Shown here piece by piece: positions 34,656 through 46,500 of a DNA stretch of 64,000 bases; the first letter of the stretch is position 1; each line of letters starts with the position of its first letter. The notes below the pieces were generated by a model. It was not told where the DNA came from. It ran no database searches and saw only the letters and a program-made list of their open reading frames with translations. The position numbers and the translations under genes are program-made. Source of the DNA: Oculina patagonica (lineage: Eukaryota); assembly GCF_052425735.1 (NCBI RefSeq), contig NC_135759.1, positions 13,144,001 through 13,208,000 on the forward strand. The letters run 5' to 3'.

Positions 34656-37618
34656 ATGGTTGCAATGGATGAGAGTGAGTTGATTTGGCCCCTTGCCCCG
34701 CTCACCGTTGTAAACATGGCCAGTTCTCTGAGTCAGAAGTGTATAGTCATTGATTGCCGTTCATTTTTGTCATTTAACGCTGCTCACATCAGAGGATCAC
34801 TTAACGTTCACTGCCCACCTATTTTAAAAAGAAGACTTCATCGTGGATCATCCACGTTAGATTGCCTGCTCACATCTCCCGAGTCCAAGCGAAGGCTCGC
34901 TGACGCTGAAACTTTGATTTTATACGAGGACAGAACACAAGACTGGAAAGATTTGGAAATGGATAATACAATGAAGATTATCTATATGCTTCTAAGGAGA
35001 GAGAGAATAAACAAGAACCTATATTTCATCAAAGGTAAGTTTTGTTCATCTATTACCGCTCCTCTTGTTCTTACTGCACGTCTGTGATATCCATTGTTTG
35101 GTTGGCCACGTGTTTATAGCCTGTGAATACATCTTTATCGCTTGATCGTTACTTCCAAATGTTTGCCTTATTTGGGTCAAAATTTCATAGTATCAATTTC
35201 ACAACATCGCAATCAAAAATAAGCGGATAGTAGATTTATCGGTTATTCCTCGCTTGAATGAAAGCGAGTGTTGTGATAAACATACCATAACAAAGCCATA
35301 ACGTAGTGAATGAGAACTATTTAATTATGTGTGCGGTTCCCATCAAGAATTCATGAATGAATGAGTTTCTTTGTTATGAAAATGGAGGGAAAATAACAAA
35401 AGCGTCACGTGCGAAGATCTGATCCAGTCCCCAGTGGCCCATGCCACTGACAAAATGATTTGACAAACAAGCAAAATGTGCGTGTCTTTTTTATAAATCA
35501 CTTTTCCCATCTGAGAAATCAGGACCGTCAGAGATTAAGAAATCAAACAGCCCTACGGATTTCCTTTACAATATATGTTTCCGTTGCTGTAGATGTTTGG
35601 GCACATTTGCAACTTCTTCATCCCTTATTATTCAATTTTTTTTTTGACACAACCGGTTCCCGCGGATTTACAAACACGCAAAAACGTGATTCCTCTGACC
35701 AGCTGTGACAGTCATTTCAGCATATTTCGTGTTCCACTCTTCCTTCCCTTACTTTATTCGGTTGTCGGGCTTTTTAGCGAGTTTAAGATCGTTTAAACCT
35801 TGCAGGTTATTGAAGTCTCGTCTAAAAACAGAGTCTGGCTATTTTAGCCTCTTACAACGAAACTTTACGACCGTTGCTTATATTTTGCAATGTCGTGTTT
35901 CTGAAAATAGACTTGTTTATCTTCCACTCGAAGTACATATTGCCAAAGCTCCTTAAGATAACAATCCATGAAATGACGTCACGGCTGCTTTGTCACGGAA
36001 GACGTGTGTTGAATCATGAATATGTTCAACATGGAGTAAACAACATTGAGAAACTGAAAAACTTTTATCTTCAAGATTCAGTGTTATAAGTTTTACTTTA
36101 AAATTCATTTTTTGTGACCCCTCACCCTTCATAGTATAACATATCTTTGTCTAATACCTAAAATAAACTTAACGTCAGTATTGCAGAACTGCCGGTTTCA
36201 CTAAATTTTATTATGTCGTTTTTGTTTGCAGGAGGCTTTGAAAGATTCTCGTCGTCGTACCCTTCGATGTGCTACTTTGCTAAACCACAATCACCAACAC
36301 AAACAAGTTCTTCTCCTCTTGGGTTAAAGTTAAAAGCGAAAGATTCTAAAAGAACATTTAGTCCGAGACACGAGACAGAAATCTGGGACTTCACTGAATC
36401 ACGTTCGACAGTGAAATCAAATGAACCCGTGGAGATTTTACCGCATTTGTATCTTGGAAGTGAAATCCATTCGTCTCAGAAAGAGCTCCTTCAACGCCTG
36501 GGCATCACCGCTGTTGTGAATGTATCAAGAAATATTCCGAACTTTTTTGAGGAGACATTTCATTACAAGTCTATCCCAGTGGACGATACTTATACTGCAG
36601 ATATTGGCCGATGGTTCGAGGAAGCTGCAGCGTTTATAGGTAAGAACGGTGATCTTTTGAACACTGACTTTGTTAAAACACAAACCTTGGACAAGTCGGA
36701 GACGTGCCTTCTATTCCCGCCTTTTTCGTCAGAGCCGTTACTTAGCGACCTGGAGGACCATACTCCTAACAAAAATGCCCCAGAAAACCGCACTTATTCC
36801 TGGCCCTGAAACAAGAATATAGGAGTTGATTATTTTTAAAGCTCTTTTGAGAAATATCGGAAGTCGATATAGAAATATTGAGCTTTCTTTTGTTAAACAA
36901 TATCAAATTTTGCTCTACGCATTGCTGTTTACGAAATGTCGTTTATCTTAGTAAAGAAGAACCAAAACTTAAGATTAAAAAGCGTTTAAGACGAAACAGA
37001 TTATCAGAAGTGAATATCCGGTACGATACACGTGAGCGGAAGTTTCTCCACAATATTTGTGCAGGTCTTTATAGAAACAAACATAATTTTTATTCTGGTC
37101 TATTTATATCCTACATCTTCCTTTGATTCAAATTTAATATTGTAGAGACGTGTAAAGGAAGTTGTTATATATTACCACTTAACCTCAGTTATATGTATGA
37201 GTTTGTCTTATATTTCCCTTTCTATGATTTTATTTCAGACTCAGTAAAGAACTCGAAAGGAAGAGTTTTGGTTCACTGTCAAGCTGGCATCTCCAGATCA
37301 GCAACGATTTGCCTCGCCTACCTAATAAACAGATATAGACTGAGGCTAGACGAAGCTTACGAGTATGTAAAGAAACGGCGCTCCGTAATATCTCCAAACT
37401 TCAACTTTATGGGACAATTACTGAACTGGGAAACAGAAACTCAGCTGACAGACAGAGCAGCAAGCAGTACTGAGCTGTTAATAAACACACCAACAACAAG
37501 TTGTGCCGTCACATCTCCATTTGGGTTCTTTAGCTTTTCGTCTCTGCCTTGTGGATCAGCCATTACTCCGTCTGGTAACACGCAGAATTCACCAGGACTT
37601 GTCACATCACCGATGTAG
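34656..37618 (+). CDS. DUSP1: Dual-specificity MAP kinase phosphatase, DUSP1/4 (MKP-1/2)-like; exons 34656-35034, 36232-36639, 37239-37618
   Basis: Rhodanese/KIM domain (IDCRSF..FN..HIRGS.NV...ILKRR), GGFERF, PVEILPHLYLGS, VHCQAGISRSATIC.AYL, RRSVISPNFNFMGQLL and C-terminal SP..TSP. Splice phases are consistent. Confidence 0.9.
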
Positions 37619-39671
37619 TTCAGTAGAAGTAGCCTGATAGAGAAAATAATATTTAAGAATAAGAAGTTGAACAGGCGAATTCTTAAGCAAAACTCTGAGA
37701 AAAAATAGAAATATTATAGACAAAAAGCAAGATGTTGCTTTGATTCATTCATTAAGCCATATAGCATTAAATGCACTACTAATTGTTTTGTTTCTATAAA
37801 AATTAATTTCACCCATGCCTCTTTAAAATAGTCCGACTGTAGGGAAAAATTATTCACTATGATTAGCAGAAGTACATAATCTCAGATTATGGACTTCTGC
37901 TATTAGAATATACCATAAATAAGACTGAACAAATTATGTGGGGTAGTTATATTGATCAATAGTTCTTAACAAAATATTGTTCATTTCATCTTCCTTATAC
38001 CCTGTGGTAAATACTCAATGTACTCGACATACGTAATATTTTTGTACGAAAAAGAAGTAAATGAAAAATATCTATCTTGCTAATATTTATTAAGTGATAG
38101 AGATAAAATATATTTCACGTTAACGAGGGAGACCTCAGAAGCAAGGTTTCGCTTCTTGAATTTTGTAATATATATGTAAGAAAAAAAAAATGCAGTTAAA
38201 TGTATATTATATAAAAATTAACACCAAATTTATATTGTAAATTTGAGAAAGATAAATTGAAATATAATATAAATGGAAACAAAATACGGCCACGAGAGGT
38301 GGACGCGGCGGAGTGTATTGAAATAAAAAAAAAAAACAATTTAAGAAAAAGTCTCATGTTATACTGCCTCGGTCGCAGAAAGGGTTCCATCACAAATAAC
38401 TGGTTGATTTGTATTTGATAAGAAACGCAATATTTAACAGATAATTATAACCTTAGCTTTGAGCACTATAACAAGAATGTCGAATTCAGGGATCGTCACA
38501 GAAAATATTTAAGTTAATTTCTCTTCCCTAATAGATCAGAATAGATCAGGCGCTCAGTGGATATTTTCAAAGTTGGTGACGATCTCAGTGACGAAGAGAA
38601 AATTTACAAATAAAAACCACAAAAACCAACGGTCCGATATAAAAATGACGAAAATCGTCACCGGAAATAGGTCGAAGATCTGTGTAAAATAAGGAACAAA
38701 ATACAAGAATTCAAAATGTTTACCTCCCAGTGATCAAATTCCTTGAATATTTGAGTAAAGGAACTCGATAAACTATTTTTATCTAAAGTAAAACAGTTCT
38801 CGAGTAAGGTACATCCTTTAGGGTAAAGTTTAAAGACCAACGGTTAAAAAAAATCACTGTTTAACAGAAGACAGTTAAATTTTCGACCACTGCGACGGTT
38901 AACAATATTAAGAAGATTTCTTTCGCACTCTAAATGTTTTTCACGTGCCTACTGTACGATAAGCTTGTGTTAGGCACGCAGGTAAAACAAAATTTTGAAA
39001 GGAATTCAGTTTTATCGCAAAGTATATAACAAAACGATCTGGCGTGTGAGGGTTGAATGTGTTAAGACCCATACAGGTTAATTATAAGTGCCTTTAGATT
39101 AACTAGACAGTGACTTGTTAAAAGATCTGTTTTTTTTTTTTTCATTTTCTAATGCTCTAGCTGGTGACTAATAACGATTCTTCATGTTGACCGCTGATAG
39201 TAAAAGTTTCACGCTACTTTACAGAAGTAGGTATACCCCGGTAACCCTCTGAAGTGTAGAACAAATAACAAGTGAGTGTGAAAAACGCCCACTACGTAAA
39301 CAATACGTGCCGAAACCAAAATTGAATAACAGGCATCTTGGCCAACGCCTCGCCTTGCCATCTATGTTGGTCACGTATGTAAGAAGAAGGATTCGATTTG
39401 TGCTTTTTTTTTCTTTTTGTTGTCGTGTCACGCGATGCGGGGGAAGGAAACCGCAAACTACGCGGGATGGCACCGTGCTGGAAGAAGGCTTAGACAAAGT
39501 CGATGTCCCTTCCAGGCCACAGTATTGACGTGAGTCATGACCCGCAAATCATCATTTCTATCCCCGGTTATATTTTACGTGATGTCACGTGTGGATGCTG
39601 CAACTGATGTAAATTTCAACATCAACAATAAAATGAATTTAAAAATATCTGGTTTGTAGCCAGGCATGATA

Positions 39672-40147
39672 AGATTAAAAAATATTTGATAAAAGTTGAC
39701 ACTGGCTTAAAATATGTACAGGACGTTTCGGCTACTGCTGTAGCCTTCTTCAGCAATATGTAAATTTAAAACGGCGTCCCTGGTGTTATAGGAATAAAAA
39801 CTAAAAAATGCAGAAAAAGGTGACAAGGAATGTACTGAATAAAATTGGGGGTGGAATTCTAAAAATGCGACTAAAAAGGATAGAATAGGGGGTGGAATGC
39901 AATTAAAAATTGTTAAGTTTTTTATAAATGTTTGGGAATGCTACGTGTTCATTAATAGCGTTTCCATCTCGGACTTTATTCAGTACATTCCTTGTCACCT
40001 TTTTCTGCATATTTTAGTTTTTATTCCTATAACACCAGGGACGCCGTTTTAAATTTACATATTGCTGAAGAAGGCTACAGCAGTAGCCGAAACGTCCTGT
40101 ACATATTTTAAGCCAGTGTCAACTTTTATCAAATAATTTTTAATCTA
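39672..40147. mobile_element. Penelope-like element remnant: about 170-bp inverted pseudo-LTRs flanking a short ORF tail
   Basis: 39672-39843 is a near-perfect reverse complement of 39975-40147. Each arm carries CTGAAGA-stem-GAAAC. Confidence 0.75.
40065..40096 (+). ncRNA. Minimal hammerhead ribozyme-like motif (mirror copy at 39722-39753 on -)
   Basis: CTGAAGA A GGCTAC AGCA GTAGCC GAAAC GTC: conserved core boxes, 6-bp stem II, palindromic ACGT stem III and a GUC cleavage triplet. Stem I is weak. Confidence 0.6.
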
Positions 40148-41522
40148 ATAAAATGAATATTGTGCTTTTTATCATCGTTTGTGAAACGAATGCTAGGACT
40201 GCTTAATTCTATTAAGTAAAAGGACAAACCACAGTAAAATCTCGATTTCTCGTACCTCAAGTGAAACGAAAAATCGGGGGTTCGAGACATAGGGGATAAA
40301 ATTGCGCAGTTGTTCGACTTTGAGCAAATTTGAAAATTACTTTTAGCTCGAAATACTGTATCAGGAGGTTCGAGAACTCGGCATTCCACTGTGTGACTGG
40401 GCATGTATTGACCGCAAACGGCAAACCTCAAACTTCAGCTTGAATTGAGGTTAGCGCTAAGCAAAGTTTTATCACAATGCTCAGTCACGCACTGATTGTA
40501 CGTGATCCTAAAATCCGTCTTTTGTGAATTGGCGTTCTACTGACAAAACATTCAAAGTTATGCTCATAAGAAGTGATGACTTTAAGGAAACAAGATGTTG
40601 CCTTAAAACGACAATTGAATGCTTTAGAAGCCTTTTTCTAGCCTTTATCTGAAAGGATTTTCACCAAACGTTCAAAAACCTCATTTAAACATGCAAAATA
40701 ACATTCCTTTTCACTTCCAAGCAAGTATTTTGTTTATAAACGGATTGCGCAGATTACAGTTGAGATATTATAGAGCAGGTCAGGCTGTTCGTTTATTATT
40801 TCTTTTGCAGTTTCGTTGGCCATAAAGTCGCCTTGGTGCGCGTTGAAAACGTTTCCACCTAACCTCAACGAAAACAGAGCATTTTTAACGAAAAGTATCA
40901 CTAAGTTTTTCTTCGATTTTTAGAATAAAAATTCGTATTTTTTTATTCCTGTGGTTCGTTTAGGCATACTTTGTACGATTTTCACGTTCTTTACTGAATA
41001 GGTCATGAAGAATATATTTTATCATGAAAAATACCACAGTCCTTTACGGGTTAACCAGTCAATGGGTTATACTAGGACCACGTGCTCCTGGCCGTTAACA
41101 CCGATTAACAAGGGCATACAGAAATGCAGTGCAGCGAAGAAAGAACGGCGGTTGTCGGTCTATGGCGTCATGGATTTTACAATGTGCATGCCCCCTCAAA
41201 GACTTCTCGCGGTAAACCGTTTTATTGTTTATTGGTGGAAAAAATGTCACGTGGAGCGTGTCCAACATCGCCTGGTTTGAGTTCGAAGTATCTAATCGGA
41301 GAGCGCACGCTGTTGGTTAGACTTGCTTACAGGTCGAGCTCACAGAGCGCGAAGCGCGAAAGTGAAACGAGAAGCAAACGACATTTAGGAAGTCTAGCTG
41401 TTGGTGAAAAAAAAAGAAAAAAAAGAAAAATCAGCTACATAACTAAACAAAGTAATTTGCCATCTATTAGACTGTCATTTCCTTGACGGACGGGAACGTA
41501 TTTCCAAATACATCTTATGGAA

Positions 41523-42858
41523 TAGTCCAGTCCCTGAACTCTCTCTTCCGTGCGCCTTTTGGGGCTGAACCCAGGCGCGCGAAGAGAGAGTCCAGGATAA
41601 CTTGCATGCGCATGCGCCAGTTTTTTCCCCAAAATTGGGGGGAAAACCTTATTTGGCAGCCCTTTTGATGACGAGTTTAACTACGCGACCGTGTACCAAA
41701 GCAGGATCACCGGAAAAACTTTAAAAAACCTAGCTTTGCAGCATGCAGGTTATCCTGGCGTGCGTTTCTCAAAAGTCCCAAAAACTGTTCGGGTACGAAA
41801 ACGGTCCCGTAAAGCTCCCGAAATCTCTTTTTCCTGTTTCTCAAAACGCCCGAAAATTGCGGGTCCGAGAAAATCACTCCATTTTTCCCGTAAGCTTTAC
41901 GGGAGCTCTTGACCTCTCGAAAACACTTCTCGGGACTTATTTTGTTGCTATAAAATTGCATCTCCGAAGCACTTTTTTGAAAACAAAGGGCGGTGAAAGG
42001 CTTGCATGAACAGGACAACAGAAAAGGATGTGAGAGAGAAAGACGTCTCGCAGAATTCGGTTGTTTATAATTGACAAATTTCAAAACAAACTCTGACGCG
42101 CCAAGAAGAACATTTACTTCGCGAAGAGAACGTAGCGGGGTTAAAAAACGTATCTGATGGCCGACTTTTTCCGCCTGAAATTGTTTACAAAAACTTCCGA
42201 AATTCATTCAGTGTATGTACAGTAAGTCCGTCAAAGTACTGAGCCACAATGATAGGGAAGAATTCAACCAAAAGTGACTTTATTCAACCAAACTTCAAGG
42301 CTCAAAAACAAGACAGTGGCTGTTTGTAGCGCGAGCTTCGTAAATTACAAGCCCCGGATAAACAAAATTAAACAACAGAAACGCTTTTAACACTTACATC
42401 AAGCTGCCATTACATTAAGTAGCCCAGAGGTGAATCAGTGTTAAAAAAATAAACATTGCTGAAGACTGTACACTGAATCGACAGAGATAAAACTGTGCAG
42501 AAGATTCATCGAAAAAGTTTTGAATTTGATGCGTTCAGTTAGTGACAAACCCAACTTAGTGCAGCGGTGTCAATTGCAATTTTTGAACCAATCACAGGCG
42601 GGGAAGTGGAAGCACGTGCTATTTCTTGCGTTACAAATCCCGAAAACCTCCCCGAACCAGTAATAGGGGACACTTTCGGTCCTTTTAAGAAACGCTTTTC
42701 CGAACCCGAGAAACGCGCCCGATAACAGCCCCGAAAAGTTTCCGGGACCGAGAAGTTCTCGGGACTTTTGAGAAACGGGCCCCTGGACTCTCTCTTCGCG
42801 CGCCTGGGTTCAACCCCTATAAAGGGCGCGTGGAAGAGAGAGTTCAGGGACTGGACTA
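41523..42858. mobile_element. Academ-like non-autonomous element (TAG...CTA, 9-bp TSD) with a nested insertion
   Basis: TIR TAGTCCAGTCCCTGAACTCTCTCTTCC. CTTATGGAA duplicated at 41514-41522 and 42859-42867. Confidence 0.85.
41758..42782. mobile_element. PIF/Harbinger-type non-autonomous element inserted in the right arm of the Academ-like element
   Basis: TIR ..CGTTTCTCAAAAGTCCC / GGGACTTTTGAGAAACGGGCCC, with a CTG 3-bp TSD. Confidence 0.75.
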
Positions 42859-43429
42859 CTTATGGAACTGCAGGATTAGTCGATCGCCGTATAGCGTCAT
42901 TTTTGCAGTTCAGTTTAACTCGTTCAAATTTCACTCCAAACAATCGCTTATTACAATTTCCTGGGATTTCCTGATAAAGTAGTTCGACCGATCCACATGT
43001 GGCGGCGCCAGTTTTCGTCACCGTAAATCTTTGACATCTTTGCGCAAGTAGCTCCTTCAACTTTCCTCAGAAAGACTTTTCAAAACCCCGGCCATGATCA
43101 TTCTCATCAGTGATCACAGAGGTTCCTTGGGAAGGGTTTTTAGACTCGACGGGATCGGGAAAAAAACTAAGAAACAGTTTTCGCCAGCTGGTTTTGAAAT
43201 CTGCATCTTAAATTGCTGGGGCTATGTTTACTTTTGGGGCGTTTTCTGAAAAGTTCTTCGAAGAGGGGCTCTGCTCTTAGCTTTGATTGAAATTCTTAAT
43301 AAATGCGGCCTGGTCCACGCTTGGTCCACGCGACCTGTACACATGGCACGATGGCACCAGACACCAGGCTTCATTGTTTTATTTTGAGCGCGGCCTTGTG
43401 TGGAGAAAGACTGGCGGATAAACTGCACT

Positions 43430-43475
43430 TCAGCCAATCAGGTTTCACCGCGTAGAAAATATAAATGGCGGCAAA
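43430..43475 (+). promoter_or_regulatory. ERGIC1 housekeeping promoter motifs (CCAAT, YY1)
   Basis: AGCCAATCA at about 43432 and AAATGGCGGC at about 43463, roughly 120-150 bp upstream of the ATG. Confidence 0.5.
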
Positions 43476-43582
43476 ACAGTTGTTGCGGTGAATAACCAAC
43501 TTGTCAGAATTTATTTACATTATTCCTTTTTATTAGGGAGTGAATGGTTTTACTTTGCACCAATTTACGGCGCTGAGGGAAT

Positions 43583-46500
43583 ATGCAGTTTGACGTTAGA
43601 AGGTGAGAGGTTCTTGTGTGTGATTATTCAGCTTTTGGTGTGTGTGCATGATGAGTTTTCACCAAATATTCTGCACAACTAAACTACCGGACACGTGTCA
43701 AAACACGTTGGCGTGTAACTTTAGCATCTGAAAAAAAATAATAAACTAGCACTCTCGTTGTAAAAAGGATAAACATTTATTAATATTAGTTGAACTTGTG
43801 CCAAATTTATAAGCGTGAATTATTGGTGTATTACCGAAGCTTGATACATAAGCTTAGTTCGAAACATTAAAATTTAATCCTTATTTTCGTATTCAAATTA
43901 CCAAAGATGCACAAAGGAGCGAGTAGGCTTTGTTCACAGTGTGTATTCACTGGCTTCAGTGTATTCACTGGTGGCATAAAGAAGCTAACGCGTTAGCCAA
44001 ACATTTCCCAATAAAATAGTTGTTTTTTAAGTTTTCCACTTTAATATTTAGTCGCCTCAGCTGCTCTCATTTGTTAATTAAAGCCAGATATTTGGTAAAT
44101 ATAACTTTTGAATATTCAGAACATCACACTGACTAGTATTCTTCTATGTCGTGAATTTTTTTTTAAACTTAAAGTTTTATTTTGCTTGGCAGTGACCTGA
44201 AGTTATCTGATACTTTATTAGTTATTTTAATGTAATACTTTAATGTTATTTTTTGACTTTGATTTTTTATTCCCAGTGTAGCTAATTGATCATTCAGTAA
44301 TCAAGCTTAATCAAACTTCAGTCGTTCGATTGATTTGAATTGGGTTTGGTAATGGAACAATTGAACTCACCTAAATGTTTTGCCAATCGAACACAAGTGA
44401 ACGTTCGAAAATCAAATGCTTTTTAAAGCAAACAGAATCAAACTCTACACTGAAAGAACTTTTTCCTTGGCCTGCACTCTGTCATTCCAAACCGGCTTCA
44501 TCTGGTTTTTGAACAGTGCGTTGCGGTCAAATAAGCCATGGGCAAAGGCTTCAATTTCAAACATGTTCACTGGAAAGATGTCGCAATTACAATAATTATT
44601 TAGTCTACAATTCTAGAAGTGGTCATTTTCACTGTGGTCATTTTAACATATCAAAGTGAACATTTCCAGTGATGGCAAATTAACTGGGGACTTCCTCAAT
44701 AACCTCAAGTTAATAAGACTATTCCTGGCCAGTATTATACCAGAAATAGGAGTTATTCACTTCTGATTATTATTTCTGAGTTACCCTTTACCTCTGTCTC
44801 TAAACAAGTCTACCGGTATGTGCGAAACCATGCAAATTAAAATGAGTTTGATTTGCATGAAAATGGACCTGTAGGTGAAACTCACTTTTTTGTGAATGGT
44901 TTCGCAGGTAGACTCATTTTGAAACGGTGGCAAAGAGTAACTCGGAAATGGCTGTATTGACCGGGTATCATAAAGGCAATTTGTTTTGCTGCGCTGTTAA
45001 AGTTTGCTAGTAAGATACATCTCATCAATTTTATATTTCTTGAAATAATAAAGGTTTAAGGTGGTTGAAAAGCATTTTTGTTTTTTACACTTCCCTAATT
45101 GCGTAGTTATAAGAGGAACTGAATCTCTCTATTTTATAATTCAATTCTATTAAAACTTCAGTGCTTATCAATGTTTATATGCCATTTGGTTTTTCTACCA
45201 AACAAAATCGAACTAATTGTGTCGATTAAGTATGGTTGGTTCGATTGAGATCGGTAATAAAACTCACCAAAGAAATCCTGTTTGATTGTGTTTGATTGCC
45301 GAACCAGTTGAAAAACAATGGTACGATTAGAGTTCAATTGATTTCACATTTGGTTCTGTTCTATTGACCATGCCGTGGATGTATACAAAACATGGACCAC
45401 ACCATGTTTCAGTGGTTTGGTTTTTGTCGTTTGGATGGTTTCGCTTCTTTCGGGTGTTTTGTTTCTGTTATTTTCTTCTGTTATTTGAAAACATGCCATC
45501 AATTTATACCCTGTCCCCATTCTACACTTTGATTTGCTTTCGAAAATTAGGGGTGGTCCATGGACCAGGTCCGCAAGGTGGTCCATGAAATCGGGTCCAT
45601 GTTTTGTATATGTCCCCATGCTGGGTTTATTAAACTAAACTTTGGGGATTACAAAGGTGCCAAATGGATAGTGGGTGGAAATGTTGTTTATCATAAACAT
45701 TTATTTAAGACACTGGGTTGGCTGGTAGTAATGATATTCATTTGTGTACTGCCAGCTCTGGTTACATCAGCCTTTGGTATTATTGCAGGACTTGTTTTAC
45801 AATTCAAACAGGTTGTATATATCACACCAGACCATATGCATGATTATACTGCACAGCATGTATAGCAAGTGCATTGTTGAGTTATACATAAGCATCCAAT
45901 TTGTTTTTCAAAACGCAAGAGAAGTGTATAGAGAAGCATGGGGCATAGTAGAGTGCTTCTCAACAATGCACATGGAGTAAGCTAAGTATTTCCTTAAAGA
46001 TTGTTTAAGAAATAAAACGCTCAAACACAAGATGAAAGCCACATGCATTTTAACTTATAAAGTCCTTACACAATGGAGGCTGAACGCTTAATGGAAATAT
46101 AATGAAACAGAACTGACCAATCATAGCATGTGGAACATCACATTCTTATAATGTCTGATATGCACCCTTGCAAAGGTACACAGGAAGACGTCCTTATTTT
46201 CTTTTCCTTTCAAAGTTTAATTGACACCTATAAATATTGAATTGACCACAGCTGTGTACAGGTCATGAACAGTAAAAGTGTTTTATTTAAGCACTGGGGT
46301 GGGTGGCCAACCAACACAATTCATTTTCTTTTTTGACCTAACAAAAGTTGTTGAATGCATTTCGTAAAATCATTAAATGGTAACAAGGATGTCAAGGATG
46401 TACATATCTTTTACTTTTAATCTGCAGATTTGATGTTTACAGAAAAGTACCCAAGGATTTAACTGAACCAACACTGACAGGAGCAGTTAGTAAGTTTAAT

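Noticed and set aside
41707-42207. 166-aa ORF on -
   Set aside because: Lies in a non-autonomous Harbinger-type element and crosses its boundary. No transposase motifs.
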